Part shown: in pieces, positions 1-10,608 of the stretch
Position numbering within the stretch: position 1 is the stretch's first letter
Layout of the letters: each line of letters opens with the position of its first letter
Origin: Ktedonobacterales bacterium
GTDB lineage: Bacteria; Chloroflexota; Ktedonobacteria; Ktedonobacterales; JADMIN01
Length of the DNA stretch: 32,000 nucleotides
NCBI GenBank assembly: GCA_030167145.1
Contig: CP126532.1
Location: 1,740,001 to 1,772,000, forward strand
Reading direction: 5' to 3'
Translations under genes and position numbers: made by a program
Notes under the pieces: generated by a model
Database searches by the model: none
What the model was told of the DNA's origin: nothing
What the model saw: only the letters and a program-made list of their open reading frames with translations

Positions 1-19
1 CAATACGATAGGCGGAGGC

Positions 20-490
20 GTGAACTTCGAGCCGTTCCTGGTCGCGTCGTTGCGGATCTTCCTTATCGCCTATGTCAGCGCCTTCATCGCGCTGCTCATC
101 ATCGTCTGCATCGCTGGCTACGCGGGCTACATCGCCGCCCTGCTCACCGGCAATCGCAGCGCTGGCTCCGCCGCTGGGCGCGGCGTCATCAACATCACCG
201 CTATCATCTGGCTGCTCGCGACGCTGCTGGGCTGCGTCGTGTTCCACGCCGACGCCTACATCTCCTGGGCAATCGCTACCATCGCTGTGATGATTTCCAC
301 CCCACAGAATCACGCGCCGTCTGGCATCTACGTCACCCAACCCGGCTCAGTCTTCATCATCACCCAAATCGTCGTGTTGCTGCTTCAGGCGCTCGTCGGT
401 TACGGCCTCGCCATCGGTTTCGGCTCGCTCGCCGGGAACATCGGCGCGAACCGCGTCCGCCCCGCCACCACGTATGCCGCCCCCGTGTAA
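20..490 (+). CDS. hypothetical polytopic membrane protein (about 4 hydrophobic helices); possibly 5'-partial
   Basis: 156-aa ORF starting at a GTG. It has long hydrophobic segments (FLIAYVSAFIALLIIVCIAGYAGYIAALL, ITAIIWLLATLLGCVVF, WAIATIAVMI, IITQIVVLLLQALVGYGLAIGFG). The frame has no stop back to nt 2, so the true start may lie outside the window. No recognisable family motif. Confidence 0.5.
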   Translation: MNFEPFLVASLRIFLIAYVSAFIALLIIVCIAGYAGYIAALLTGNRSAGSAAGRGVINITAIIWLLATLLGCVVFHADAYISWAIATIAVMISTPQNHAPSGIYVTQPGSVFIITQIVVLLLQALVGYGLAIGFGSLAGNIGANRVRPATTYAAPV

Positions 491-527
491 GTTGGCGCGC
501 GCTGACATCGCTACACGATACAGCAAA

Positions 528-560
528 GCAAAGCCCGCTATCATTGGTAGCGGGCTTTGC
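528..560. terminator. bidirectional hairpin terminator between convergent genes
   Basis: Perfect 13-bp stem GCAAAGCCCGCTA / TAGCGGGCTTTGC with the 7-nt loop TCATTGG. It lies 38 nt after the + strand ORF stop and 67 nt after the rpoD stop. There is a T-rich tract on the minus-strand side (TTTGCTGT). Confidence 0.6.
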
Positions 561-626
561 GAAATGCGCGCGAATGAAGAATGATGCCGATGATATGTGT
601 CTCACTGGGAGCGTAAGGCTGCGCGC

Positions 627-2030
<1,404 letters not shown>

Positions 2031-2258
2031 CTCGCGAAAACCCTCCTGGAACGTTCCGTCGAGAAGCGGGAGCTACAGCCCCCACTGGATGGAGCCACGG
2101 GAGAAAGAAACACCCGTACCCCATCCGCTCCTCGCGGTCGCTCGTGGCCGCCAAGAATGGCGAGTCAGCCGATAAGTCCGCTCACCGTGCAGCACAACGT
2201 CACTGAACTGGTGAACATCGGTTTCCGGTACGCGAACGCCACCTTGGAACTACTGGTA

Positions 2259-4319
2259 TTATCCATGTAGTCCCGAAGCCGCGTCGAGCGCGCGCCGCTG
2301 GGATAATACTTGCTGCTTGCGCGCAAGCAGCCCCCGCAACGCATCGAGATCGCCAGAGCGTTCCGCGTCACGTTGCAGATAATCAAGTTCTGCCATCTCC
2401 TCTTTCAGGCGCGTGCGTTTCAAGCGGTATGCCGAGACGCCGGCCGCCTTCGCGAGATTCGGCCCCTCCTCTGGCGTGCCAACCGCCACACGCGCACGTG
2501 CGCGCACGGCTGCCTCTTGGAGCACTGCTGGCAGTTCGTCGAGGAAATGTTGCGCATCCAACGCGGGAGACACCTGAAGTGCCGAGGTGAATGCGACATA
2601 CAGCGCACGGATATCCGTGCTGGCAAAATCGCTCTCCGTCAGAATGCCGTAGACCTCCGCCCACACCTCAGGGTGTTCGAGCAGCAGCCCCAGGCAATCC
2701 TCCTCCTGCGCGCGCTCGGCGAGCAACCGGGCTGCGGTTCCACCTCCCCCGCGCACATGCGCGGTCGCACTATATGACGGGACAGGACCACTCTGCCCAC
2801 TGTCGGGGTACTTTTCTCCCAACCTATCGACAGGCGCGCCCGATTGGTCATGATCGCTCTCTTGTCCGTCGGCATCCCGCGACGCCTGCCGTGTACGCCC
2901 CTCGCGCGCCAGGCGCTGCCGCAGTTCCGCCAGATCGCGCGCCAACTCCACCTTGTCCAGCCGCACGCGCTCCGCCAGCCGCCCCACATACTCGTCCGCG
3001 ATGGTGCGCTCGCGTAGCTCGGCAATCACCGGCAAGAGCCGCCGCGTCGCCTCGATCTTGCCGTGCGGGGCCGCGAGATCCAGGTCTGCTGTCTGCGCTT
3101 CAATCAAAAAGTCAATCAGCGGCTGCGCCTGCGCCACCGCCTGCCGCCAGCCATCGGGGTCGCGCCGCGCGAATTCGTCGGGGTCTTCGTGTGGGGGCAG
3201 GCGCACCACCGTAATCTCCGCGTCCACTTGCTCCTCAAAGCGCACCATGCCCTTCGGCTCGCCCTTGCGGCTGCGCGGCGCGCCTTCAGTTGGCCCCGGC
3301 ACCGGCACCACCACCCGATCAAACGCCTCCTGCGCCACCGTGATTCCGCGCAGCGTCGCCGATTCACCCGCCGCATCGGGGTCCAGCGCCAGCGCCACCC
3401 GTCGCGTCAGCTTCTTGATCTGGCGGATGTGCTTCTCGGTGATGGCGCTGCCGATACAGGCCACCACATTGCGGAAGCCGTACTGATACGGCACCACCGC
3501 ATCCATGTAGCCCTCGACGATCACCACCTGATTCGCCTGCTTGATGCCCTGCCGCGCCAGATCGAGGCCATAGAGCGTCGCGCTCTTATCGAAAAGCAGC
3601 GTCTGCGGCGTGTTCAGATATTTCGGCTGCCCACCCCCCAACTCGCGCCCGCCAAACGCCACCGTCTGGCCGCGTGCGTCGCGAATGGGAAAGATAATAC
3701 GATTACGGAAGTAGTCGTAGAGGCCGCCGCCACGGCTCGCCTCGCGTTCGCGCGCCAGCCCCGCATCCACCAGTTCCTTCGCGGTGTAGGCTTGCTCCAG
3801 CAGATAGGCGCTCAGCCGGTCGCCATCGGGCGCGAAGCCCAGACGCCACAGCGCCAGCGAATCGCCGTTCACCCCGCGCGAGTCCAGGTACGTGCGCGCG
3901 TACTGCGCCTCAGCGGATTGCAGTAATTGATGGTGGAACCAAATCGCCGCAGCTTCGTTCAACGCCCGCAGCCGTTTGCGTGCGCTGGTTTCCGCTGATT
4001 CTTCCGCCGCACCGTCGCCGAATCCGCTCTCCAGCGCGATGCCAGCGCGCTCCGCCAACAATACCAGCGCGTCGCGGAAGTCCAGTCCTTGCTGCTTCTC
4101 GACAAAGGTAAAGATGTCGCCGCTCTCGTGGCAGCCATAGCAGCGCCATTGCGCCTTCTCCGGAAACACATAGAATGACGGCGTTCGCTCGCCATGAAAT
4201 GGGCACAGCCCCTTGAACGCTTTGCCCGACTTTTTCAGCGGGACAACCGCGCCTATCTCCTCAACGATATCCAGCTTGCGCTTGATGCGCTCGAAGATAT
4301 TGCCGCTGGTCTCGGCCAT
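2259..4319 (-). CDS. dnaG: DNA primase DnaG
   Basis: CHC2 zinc finger CPFHGERTPSFYVFPEKAQWRCYGCHESGDIFTFV. Toprim region VVIVEGYMDAV...ALDPDAAGESA. It sits directly upstream of rpoD, the classic dnaG-rpoD order. The ATG at 4319 is preferred over the GTG at 4346 because GAGGAA lies 4 nt upstream. Confidence 0.93.
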   Translation of the reverse strand: MAETSGNIFERIKRKLDIVEEIGAVVPLKKSGKAFKGLCPFHGERTPSFYVFPEKAQWRCYGCHESGDIFTFVEKQQGLDFRDALVLLAERAGIALESGFGDGAAEESAETSARKRLRALNEAAAIWFHHQLLQSAEAQYARTYLDSRGVNGDSLALWRLGFAPDGDRLSAYLLEQAYTAKELVDAGLAREREASRGGGLYDYFRNRIIFPIRDARGQTVAFGGRELGGGQPKYLNTPQTLLFDKSATLYGLDLARQGIKQANQVVIVEGYMDAVVPYQYGFRNVVACIGSAITEKHIRQIKKLTRRVALALDPDAAGESATLRGITVAQEAFDRVVVPVPGPTEGAPRSRKGEPKGMVRFEEQVDAEITVVRLPPHEDPDEFARRDPDGWRQAVAQAQPLIDFLIEAQTADLDLAAPHGKIEATRRLLPVIAELRERTIADEYVGRLAERVRLDKVELARDLAELRQRLAREGRTRQASRDADGQESDHDQSGAPVDRLGEKYPDSGQSGPVPSYSATAHVRGGGGTAARLLAERAQEEDCLGLLLEHPEVWAEVYGILTESDFASTDIRALYVAFTSALQVSPALDAQHFLDELPAVLQEAAVRARARVAVGTPEEGPNLAKAAGVSAYRLKRTRLKEEMAELDYLQRDAERSGDLDALRGLLARKQQVLSQRRALDAASGLHG

Positions 4320-4491
4320 CTGTTCCTCGCTCCGCCTCAGTGCCACCGTCAGAGCTTCAGGTCAGCAATAGCCCATATCCGCCGGAGTATCACGCTGTGC
4401 GGATGTCTCGTACAACGAACAATCTGGCCAATAGTCACGCCACATATGTCGAGTACGTCGCAAAGTGCCGCCACTGCCTCCACTAGCGCGC

Positions 4492-5166
4492 TCATGCGTC
4501 GTGGTCCGCTAGACGCCGTACCACCGCCAGCGCCAGCGCGATGGCGCTGATGCCCAGCAACATCCCCGCACCCATCCACAGCGCGCGTTGCGCCCAGTAC
4601 GCGGAAGGCGCGGGCAGGTCGCCCATATCCGCCAGCCGTGGCAGTGTCACGATGCGCCCACGTGGCGTCCGCACCTGCTGGGGCATGATGCGCGGTCCAG
4701 AACTCGCGGGCGCGGCCACAGGCGTCGTCACGGCCACCTCGTCTGGCGCGGTGCGTAACAGGTATTCGCCGAGCAGCTCGCATAGCTCACGCGCAATCTG
4801 CTGCCCCTGGCGCACCGCCAGATTGGGCGCATCAAGCTCCAGGGCATACGCGCCCAGGGTATGTTCCTCCTGCTCGACAAGATCAATCACGCCCCTGCCC
4901 GCAAAAGGTCCGGCGGGTAAGCGCCCGTGAAACGCCAGACGCACACTGGTGGGCCGCCGCGCGGGCGCGGCGCGCCACGTGATGCTGCCCGCACCGGCGT
5001 TCATCCGCAACCGGCACTCGAACGCCACGCCCTCCGGCCCCTCCGGTCCCATCTGCGTCAGCCGCTCGCACCCCGGAATCACCTGCGCCAGCGCCTCCGC
5101 ATCCAGCAACGCGGCATAGACACGGCTGAGTGTCGCCGGGAACATATACGTGCCGTCAATCCGCAT
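4492..5166 (-). CDS. SRPBCC / CoxG-like domain protein with C-terminal transmembrane anchor
   Basis: The N-terminus MRIDGTYMFPATLSRVYAALLDAEALAQVIPGCERL resembles carbon monoxide dehydrogenase subunit G-like (CoxG/SRPBCC) proteins. The C-terminal hydrophobic helix is LWMGAGMLLGISAIALALAVV. AGGAGA lies upstream of the ATG. Confidence 0.65.
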   Translation of the reverse strand: MRIDGTYMFPATLSRVYAALLDAEALAQVIPGCERLTQMGPEGPEGVAFECRLRMNAGAGSITWRAAPARRPTSVRLAFHGRLPAGPFAGRGVIDLVEQEEHTLGAYALELDAPNLAVRQGQQIARELCELLGEYLLRTAPDEVAVTTPVAAPASSGPRIMPQQVRTPRGRIVTLPRLADMGDLPAPSAYWAQRALWMGAGMLLGISAIALALAVVRRLADHDA

Positions 5167-5480
5167 ATCGCTTCATCTCTCCTGACCCACACAACGCCCA
5201 TGGGGGCACACCGGCACCCCAGTATACCGTATAGGGCGCGGCTGAGGCCACAATGGTCACAGAAATCGTGTTCCGCCATCGCGCATTCCCTCAATGTGGC
5301 GGCGCAAGCCAAGTCGAACCATGCAAACGGGCAGATATGATGTTTGTCATCTCAAAGTGATGAGAGACGGCACTACGCGCATCGCTCGCCTCACGGTACA
5401 GTGGAAACAGCGCCGGAACACCACATGGCATCCGAACCACATACGCGCCACCGGCGGTGCAACCACGAAGGAGATACGCA

Positions 5481-6440
5481 ATGAATCATCCGAACGCCGT
5501 CACTGAGATGCGCATGGAAAGCGAGAAGCACATGCGCGACGACACTGCGCTGGCCGTCCAGCTACGCGGCGTCACCAAGACCTATGGCGCACTTCGCGCC
5601 GTGGAGGGGCTAGATTTGGAGATCGGGCGCGGCGAGACCGTCGCCTTTCTGGGGCCGAACGGCGCGGGCAAAACCACGACGATTGAGATGCTGCTCGGCC
5701 TGCGCGTCCCCACGTCTGGCAGCGTCGCGGTGTTTGGCATGCCGCCCACCGAGGCCATCCGCCAGAGCCGCATCGGCGCGATGCTGCAAGAAGGCAAACT
5801 CATGCCCGGCGTCCGCGTCGGCGAATTTCTCGAATTCGTGCGCGGCCAGCATCCAAACCCGCTACCCACGACACAATTGTTGGAGCTTGCGGGCCTCGAA
5901 GGGCTGACGCAGCGCCGGGTGGACCGGCTCTCTGGCGGGCAGACACAGCGCGTGCGACTTGCAATAGCGATTGCCGGCAACCCCGACCTGCTGGTGCTGG
6001 ATGAGCCAACCGCCGCGATGGATGTGGAGGTTCGCCGCGAGTTCTGGGTGCGGATGCGCGCTTATGCCGCGCTCGGCCACACCCTGCTCTTCGCCACGCA
6101 CTACCTGGAAGAAGCCGAAACTTCCGCCTCGCGTCTGGTCATCATCGCACACGGCCAACTCCTCGCCGATGGACCGGTCGCCGACATCCAGGCGCGCTAC
6201 GGCGATCCGTGCGTCTCATTCACCCGCCTCGGCGGTACAGATATCGCATTCGAGCGGCTGCCAGGCGTGCAGCACTGCGAGACATTCGGCGACCGCGTGA
6301 CGCTGCATACCCGCGACGCCGACGCTACCGTGCGCGCCCTGGCTGGCGGCGCGATCCCCTGGAAAGACCTTGAAGTGAAGACCAGCACACTGGAAGACAC
6401 ATTCATCACCCTGGTACACAATGGAAAAGGAGTTGCCTGA
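5481..6440 (+). CDS. ABC transporter ATP-binding protein (ABC-2/DrrA-like exporter subunit)
   Basis: Walker A GPNGAGKTT, signature LSGGQTQRV, Walker B LLVLDEPTAAMD. The ATG at 5481 is preceded by AAGGAGA with a 6-nt spacer. The stop overlaps the start of the permease gene. Confidence 0.9.
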   Translation: MNHPNAVTEMRMESEKHMRDDTALAVQLRGVTKTYGALRAVEGLDLEIGRGETVAFLGPNGAGKTTTIEMLLGLRVPTSGSVAVFGMPPTEAIRQSRIGAMLQEGKLMPGVRVGEFLEFVRGQHPNPLPTTQLLELAGLEGLTQRRVDRLSGGQTQRVRLAIAIAGNPDLLVLDEPTAAMDVEVRREFWVRMRAYAALGHTLLFATHYLEEAETSASRLVIIAHGQLLADGPVADIQARYGDPCVSFTRLGGTDIAFERLPGVQHCETFGDRVTLHTRDADATVRALAGGAIPWKDLEVKTSTLEDTFITLVHNGKGVA

Positions 6441-7177
6441 TGAAAGGCTACATTCGTGTTGAGATGTTGCGGACCCTGCGCGATCCGTTCTATCTCTTTC
6501 TGGCGGTCGTCGTGCCAATTGGCTTCTATCTGCTCTTCGCCGGACTCTTCGGCTCGTCGCCGCACCCGGCAGGCACGCTCTCAGGCAATGTCGGGATCAT
6601 GGTTGCTATGGCGGTCTACGGTGGCATCTGGGCCTGCCTCGTCGCGACCGGCCCGCGCATCGCCAATGAGCGCGGCAGCGGATGGTTCCGGCAGTTGCAA
6701 TTGCTGCCCATTGCCCCCTGGAAGATCCTGGTAGGGCGGGCGCTGGTAGCCATTCTCTTCGCGCTGCCCACGATGCTGCTGGTCTATGGGACGGCTGTGC
6801 TGACGCATGATGTACGGCTCTCGGCGGGCGAGTGGATCGGGATCATCGTGCTGATGTGGATCGGCGTCTGGCCGTTCGCGCTGCTGGGCATCGCCCTGGG
6901 CTACGTCACCAATGAGACGACGAGTTTTGGCATCACCTATGGCCTCTACATGGCGCTGTCGGCGGCGGGTGGCCTCTGGGTGCCTCCAACGATCTTTCCA
7001 AGCGCGATGCGCTCGCTTGCCAAGATGCTGCCCACCTATCAGGCCGCTGACCTGGGCTGGCGTATCGCTGGCGGCCACGCCCCAGAGTTGGTAAGTCCGG
7101 TGGTGCTCGTCTTATGGGCGCTGGTATTCCTGCTGGTGGCCGCGCTCTTTGCCCGGCGCGCCGCAGTGGTGCGCTGA
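6440..7177 (+). CDS. ABC-2 family transporter permease
   Basis: 245 aa with six predicted hydrophobic helices. It is start/stop coupled (TGATG) to the preceding ATPase, the typical ABC-2 arrangement. Confidence 0.8.
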   Translation: MKGYIRVEMLRTLRDPFYLFLAVVVPIGFYLLFAGLFGSSPHPAGTLSGNVGIMVAMAVYGGIWACLVATGPRIANERGSGWFRQLQLLPIAPWKILVGRALVAILFALPTMLLVYGTAVLTHDVRLSAGEWIGIIVLMWIGVWPFALLGIALGYVTNETTSFGITYGLYMALSAAGGLWVPPTIFPSAMRSLAKMLPTYQAADLGWRIAGGHAPELVSPVVLVLWALVFLLVAALFARRAAVVR

Positions 7178-7330
7178 CGCTGAATCTCTCCAATGGGCTG
7201 TTCGCATACGCTACGTCACGTACACATGCGGGCCGCCCATCGCCGTGTCCGCGCCGCGGTGGCGTCCGCGCATTCGTCGCGCTACAATGAGGCCATTCAG
7301 GCAGGTTTCTACGAACAGGCAGGCAAGCAT

Positions 7331-7600
7331 ATGAGCTACACCATCACCATCTCCAACGAGCAGTACGAGCGGCTCGAAACCCTCGCCAGTGCGCTCGGCC
7401 AGACGCCCGAAGAGACGCTCGCCGCGCTGCCGCGCGACGCCCTCCCCCGCGACGGCCACGACTCCGAGGCCAGCGCCGAGACCAACGACCTGGAGCATAG
7501 CCCGCTCTTTCAGGTTATCGGTTCTCTCACCGATCCAGGGATAGAGCCAGAACCCGGCTGGACGGAGCGACACGACATCATCATCGCTGAGAAGGCGTAG
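7331..7600 (+). CDS. small acidic hypothetical protein (89 aa)
   Basis: Internal ATG of the 7193..7600 ORF. The upstream extension is Arg/Ala-rich and looks non-coding. The product MSYTITISNEQYERLETLASALGQTPEETLAAL... has no recognised motif. The Shine-Dalgarno sequence is weak. Confidence 0.4.
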   Translation: MSYTITISNEQYERLETLASALGQTPEETLAALPRDALPRDGHDSEASAETNDLEHSPLFQVIGSLTDPGIEPEPGWTERHDIIIAEKA

Positions 7601-7601
7601 A

Positions 7602-8381
7602 CTATTCCGGCGCGGCGAACGAGCCAAGCGTCATACCGCCATCCACCACCAGCACCTGCCCCGTCACGAAGTCTGCCGCTGGCGACGCCAGATAGAGGGC
7701 AGCGCCCGCAATCTCGTCCGGCTCGGCGATGCGCCGCAGAGGTGTCGCGCGCTCGATAGCCGTGCGAATCTGCGGCGTCTCGTGCAATACCTGGGCGAAC
7801 TTCGTCCGCACCAGCCCCGGCGCGATGGCGTTCACCTGTATGTTATCTGGTCCGGCCTCCTGCGCCAGCGAGCGCGTGAACTGGATCAGCGCCGCCTTCA
7901 ATGCGCCGTAGACGCCCTGGCCCACCCCTGGCTGGATGCCCGCCACCGACGCCACGTTGATGACCTTGCCCTGCCTGCGCGCCCGCATCCCCGGCACGAC
8001 CCGGCGACAGAGTCGCACCGCACTCAGCAGATTCGTCTCCACCATCTTCAGCCACATGCCGTCGTCGGCATCCAGAATTTGCCCGAAGTGGATGTTGGTC
8101 GCCGCATTGTTCACCAGGATATCCACCTGCCCAAACGCCGCTTCCGCCGCTTCCACCAGCGTTTCGCAGTCCTCGGCTTTGCTGACGTTGGCCGCCACCC
8201 CGATCACCTGCGCACCCGCCTCGCGCAGCCCTGCCGCCGCCGCCTCCACCTCGTCGCCGTGCCGTGCCGCCAGCACCACGCGCGCACCCGCGCCCGCCAG
8301 CGCTGTGCCAATCGCCAGCCCGATGCCGCGCGACCCACCCGTGACAATCGCCGCGCGCTCACGCAAATCGAATGCTGCCAT
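7602..8381 (-). CDS. SDR family oxidoreductase (FabG-like short-chain dehydrogenase)
   Basis: Cofactor motif TGGSRGIGLAI, NNAA motif LVNNAATN, catalytic Y-x3-K in YGALKAAL, and a PG motif IAPGLVRT. Confidence 0.9.
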   Translation of the reverse strand: MAAFDLRERAAIVTGGSRGIGLAIGTALAGAGARVVLAARHGDEVEAAAAGLREAGAQVIGVAANVSKAEDCETLVEAAEAAFGQVDILVNNAATNIHFGQILDADDGMWLKMVETNLLSAVRLCRRVVPGMRARRQGKVINVASVAGIQPGVGQGVYGALKAALIQFTRSLAQEAGPDNIQVNAIAPGLVRTKFAQVLHETPQIRTAIERATPLRRIAEPDEIAGAALYLASPAADFVTGQVLVVDGGMTLGSFAAPE

Positions 8382-8502
8382 CTGCTCCCTGCCGCTTCTC
8401 GCGCCTACTCATCCGGCGCGCTGTATACCGCCTGTTGTTGCCCGCATTCTGGGCACGCGCAGCCACGCTCTGTCAATAGCGTCGCAAGTGTGCCCACCTC
8501 GC

Positions 8503-9723
8503 TCAGAGCGCCATCACCCGCGTGTTCGTCAGATAGGGCGAGGTGAAGCGCGTCATATCGCCCACCTGCCCACCCGGCACGAGGAACAGCCGTGCCGAGA
8601 GCGGCTTGCGCAGCCGCGCCGCCAGCGCCGCCACATCCGCCAGCAGCGCCGCGATCCGCTCTTCGGGCGCATCCCCCGGCAGCGGCACCGTATCCAGTCC
8701 CGTCCCGCAGACCGCCGAATAGGCCAGCAGCGCCGCCACCGAGACGTGTCCCTCCGCGCAGCGTTCGCCCAGCACACGATCTTCCAGCACCGGCAGCATC
8801 AGCCCGCAATAGCCCACCGACTCCACCGGAACCGACTTGATTGCCGCCGTCAGCGCCGCCGAAACCGCCAGCGTCCCCGGCCCGCCGAACGGCCCCAGCC
8901 CCACCGCCTCGATAGCCGCCGCCATGCTCTCATTGCCCAGCGGCGCAGGCGAGAGGTCTACCCCCGCGAACCGATACCCCGCCCGCCCGCACACCTCGCT
9001 CGCCACCACCGACGCGGGCGCGACCGCCGCCAGCAGCGCCGCGCGCACCTCTGCCTCCACGCCGTCCAGCGTCGCCAGTCCCGGCCCCACACGCGCCGCC
9101 AGCCCGGCAATTGTCTCTCGCACCAGCCCCGCCGTCTGCATTCCCAGCGTCACGCTCCACTCCGCGCCGAGGTGATATGCCTGCGGAAAGAACGGTCCCC
9201 CTGGCTCACAGCACGCCAGCGCCGCGAAGCGAAAGTTCGCCTCACCATTCACGCCGCCCTCCGCCAGCGCGCGTATCACCCGTGCCGTGGGCAGCGCCGC
9301 CGCGTAGCGCACGCCGTGCGCCAGCGAAGCCAGTTGCACCGTCGCGCTCATCGCTTCGTGCGGCAAGAGCAATTCGGGCAGCAGCGCGATGCGTTCCGTC
9401 GCAAACACCGGGTCGTCGGCGGGGACCGGACCCAGCGAACAGAATGTGATGCCGTGTACGTCACAGTAACCTTGCAGCGCCGCCACATACGCTACGATCT
9501 CCGCGTCGGTGCGCTCACCCATATCCGCCAGCAGCGGGCGTGTGGCAATTCGCGTCGTCTGCACACTATAACCCGCTACCTCCGCCGCTGCCTGCGCCTC
9601 GCGCAGAAACGTCCCCGCCCGCGCCACCGTCCGCTCGTCCAGCGGGTGGCGCTCGGCGATGCCCAGCGTAATCGTGCGGATGGTCCTCGCCAGTGCTGTC
9701 GTTGCTTCCGCTGAAGTTACCAT
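8503..9723 (-). CDS. DUF711 / UPF0210 family protein
   Basis: N-terminal IRTITLGI. The C-terminal block VDLSPAPLGNESMAAAIE...GLMLPVLEDRVLG...AVCGTGLDTVPLPGDAPEERIAALLADVAAL parallels the UPF0210 family as I recall it (VDLSLAP...FIPVSED...SVGLDMIAIPEDTP). The ATG at 9723 has AAGGAGA upstream. Confidence 0.75.
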   Translation of the reverse strand: MVTSAEATTALARTIRTITLGIAERHPLDERTVARAGTFLREAQAAAEVAGYSVQTTRIATRPLLADMGERTDAEIVAYVAALQGYCDVHGITFCSLGPVPADDPVFATERIALLPELLLPHEAMSATVQLASLAHGVRYAAALPTARVIRALAEGGVNGEANFRFAALACCEPGGPFFPQAYHLGAEWSVTLGMQTAGLVRETIAGLAARVGPGLATLDGVEAEVRAALLAAVAPASVVASEVCGRAGYRFAGVDLSPAPLGNESMAAAIEAVGLGPFGGPGTLAVSAALTAAIKSVPVESVGYCGLMLPVLEDRVLGERCAEGHVSVAALLAYSAVCGTGLDTVPLPGDAPEERIAALLADVAALAARLRKPLSARLFLVPGGQVGDMTRFTSPYLTNTRVMAL

Positions 9724-9887
9724 CGTGCCTGCTCTCCTTCGTATCATCACTTACGCGCCGCCGCTATTCTACCGCACCGCGTCCATTGAAACGCCTGGTA
9801 CGCTACGCTGGCAGTGAGTCTCGCCTCGCATTCTAGTTTTTCAACCTGCACTGGTGTCCCTTGTCAGTGCGCTTTGTATCGTATGGG

Positions 9888-9933
9888 TTGCATATTGCAT
9901 GTAGTGATTGTATAATGTATGCAATGCATACAT
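9888..9933 (+). promoter_or_regulatory. sigma-70-type promoter (TTGCAT-N17-TATAAT) with overlapping 19-bp perfect palindrome
   Basis: The -35 TTGCAT is at 9888-9893, followed by a 17-nt spacer and a consensus -10 TATAAT at 9911-9916. The palindrome ATGTATGCA-A-TGCATACAT spans 9915-9933, with extra TGCAT half-sites (TTGCATATTGCAT) upstream. The line 9881-9940 is 22/60 GC against about 70% nearby. The element lies about 70-90 nt upstream of the TIR ORF. Confidence 0.6.
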
Positions 9934-10002
9934 GCTGTACGTACCGCAAGCGCACCGTGTTAGTATGGTCGCGTAACCGTGCGTGTGGAGGGAGTGGGCG
10001 CC

Positions 10003-10608
10003 ATGGGTGGCATGAGCGCATCGCGTATCTTCATCAGCCATAGCCATGCCGACAACAACTTCGCCCGCAAACTTGCCGATGAGCTACGTGCGGCTGGTGC
10101 GGATGTCTGGTACGACGAGCATAATCTCTCGTCGGGCGACTTCCTAAACAACATCTCGCGAGAACTGCGTGACCGCTCCGTGGTCGTCGTGGTGCTCTCC
10201 AAATCTGCGCTCGCCTCCCAGTGGGTGAATACGGACTTGGATTCCGCGCTTGCGCTTCACTTGCGCGAACCTGGGCGCATCATCGTGCCCATCGTCGCGG
10301 AGCCGCTCGCGCCCGAAACCCTTCCGCCGCTGCTGGCTTCATTCAAGCGCATCGCCGCGCCGGGCGACCAGCCCTACTCACCCGAAGAAGCCGCGCGCCA
10401 TCTGCTCGATACATTGGGGCTGAAGCCGCTGGCCAGCACAGCCAGTACCATAGCGGAGGAAGCGGAGGACGCCGAAATGGACGAGGAAGACCATAGCTGG
10501 CAGGTCGCTATGGCCAGCACCGCTACCCTGATGCTCGACCACCTGCTCGACCAAGCCAAAGAGCAGATTGAACACGGCGACGTCCGAGATCTGGCAGAGC
10601 TTCTGTGA
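10003..10608 (+). CDS. TIR-domain protein with acidic linker and short C-terminal helical tail
   Basis: RIFISHSHADNNFARKLADELRAAGADVWYDEHNLSSGDFLNNISRELRDRSVVVVVLSKSALASQWVNTDLDSA is a TIR_2-type (PF13676-like) domain. The ATG at 10003 is preceded by GGAGGGAG with an 8-nt spacer. The tail is EEAEDAEMDEEDHSWQ...LLDQAKEQIEHGDVRDLAELL. The stop overlaps the next start. Confidence 0.8.
   Translation: MGGMSASRIFISHSHADNNFARKLADELRAAGADVWYDEHNLSSGDFLNNISRELRDRSVVVVVLSKSALASQWVNTDLDSALALHLREPGRIIVPIVAEPLAPETLPPLLASFKRIAAPGDQPYSPEEAARHLLDTLGLKPLASTASTIAEEAEDAEMDEEDHSWQVAMASTATLMLDHLLDQAKEQIEHGDVRDLAELL

Noticed and set aside
7936-9714. 592-aa plus-strand ORF, very rich in Arg, Pro and Ala
   Set aside because: It lies antisense to the SDR and DUF711 genes, both of which have clear family motifs. 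The composition is typical of shadow ORFs in high-GC DNA, and it has no motif and no SD.
9833-10047. Small ORFs (60-68 aa) in the AT-rich region upstream of the first TIR gene, considered as a hidden antitoxin
   Set aside because: They overlap the promoter and palindrome, lack SD sequences, and give Cys/His/Tyr-rich translations driven by the TGCAT repeats. They are more plausibly regulatory DNA.
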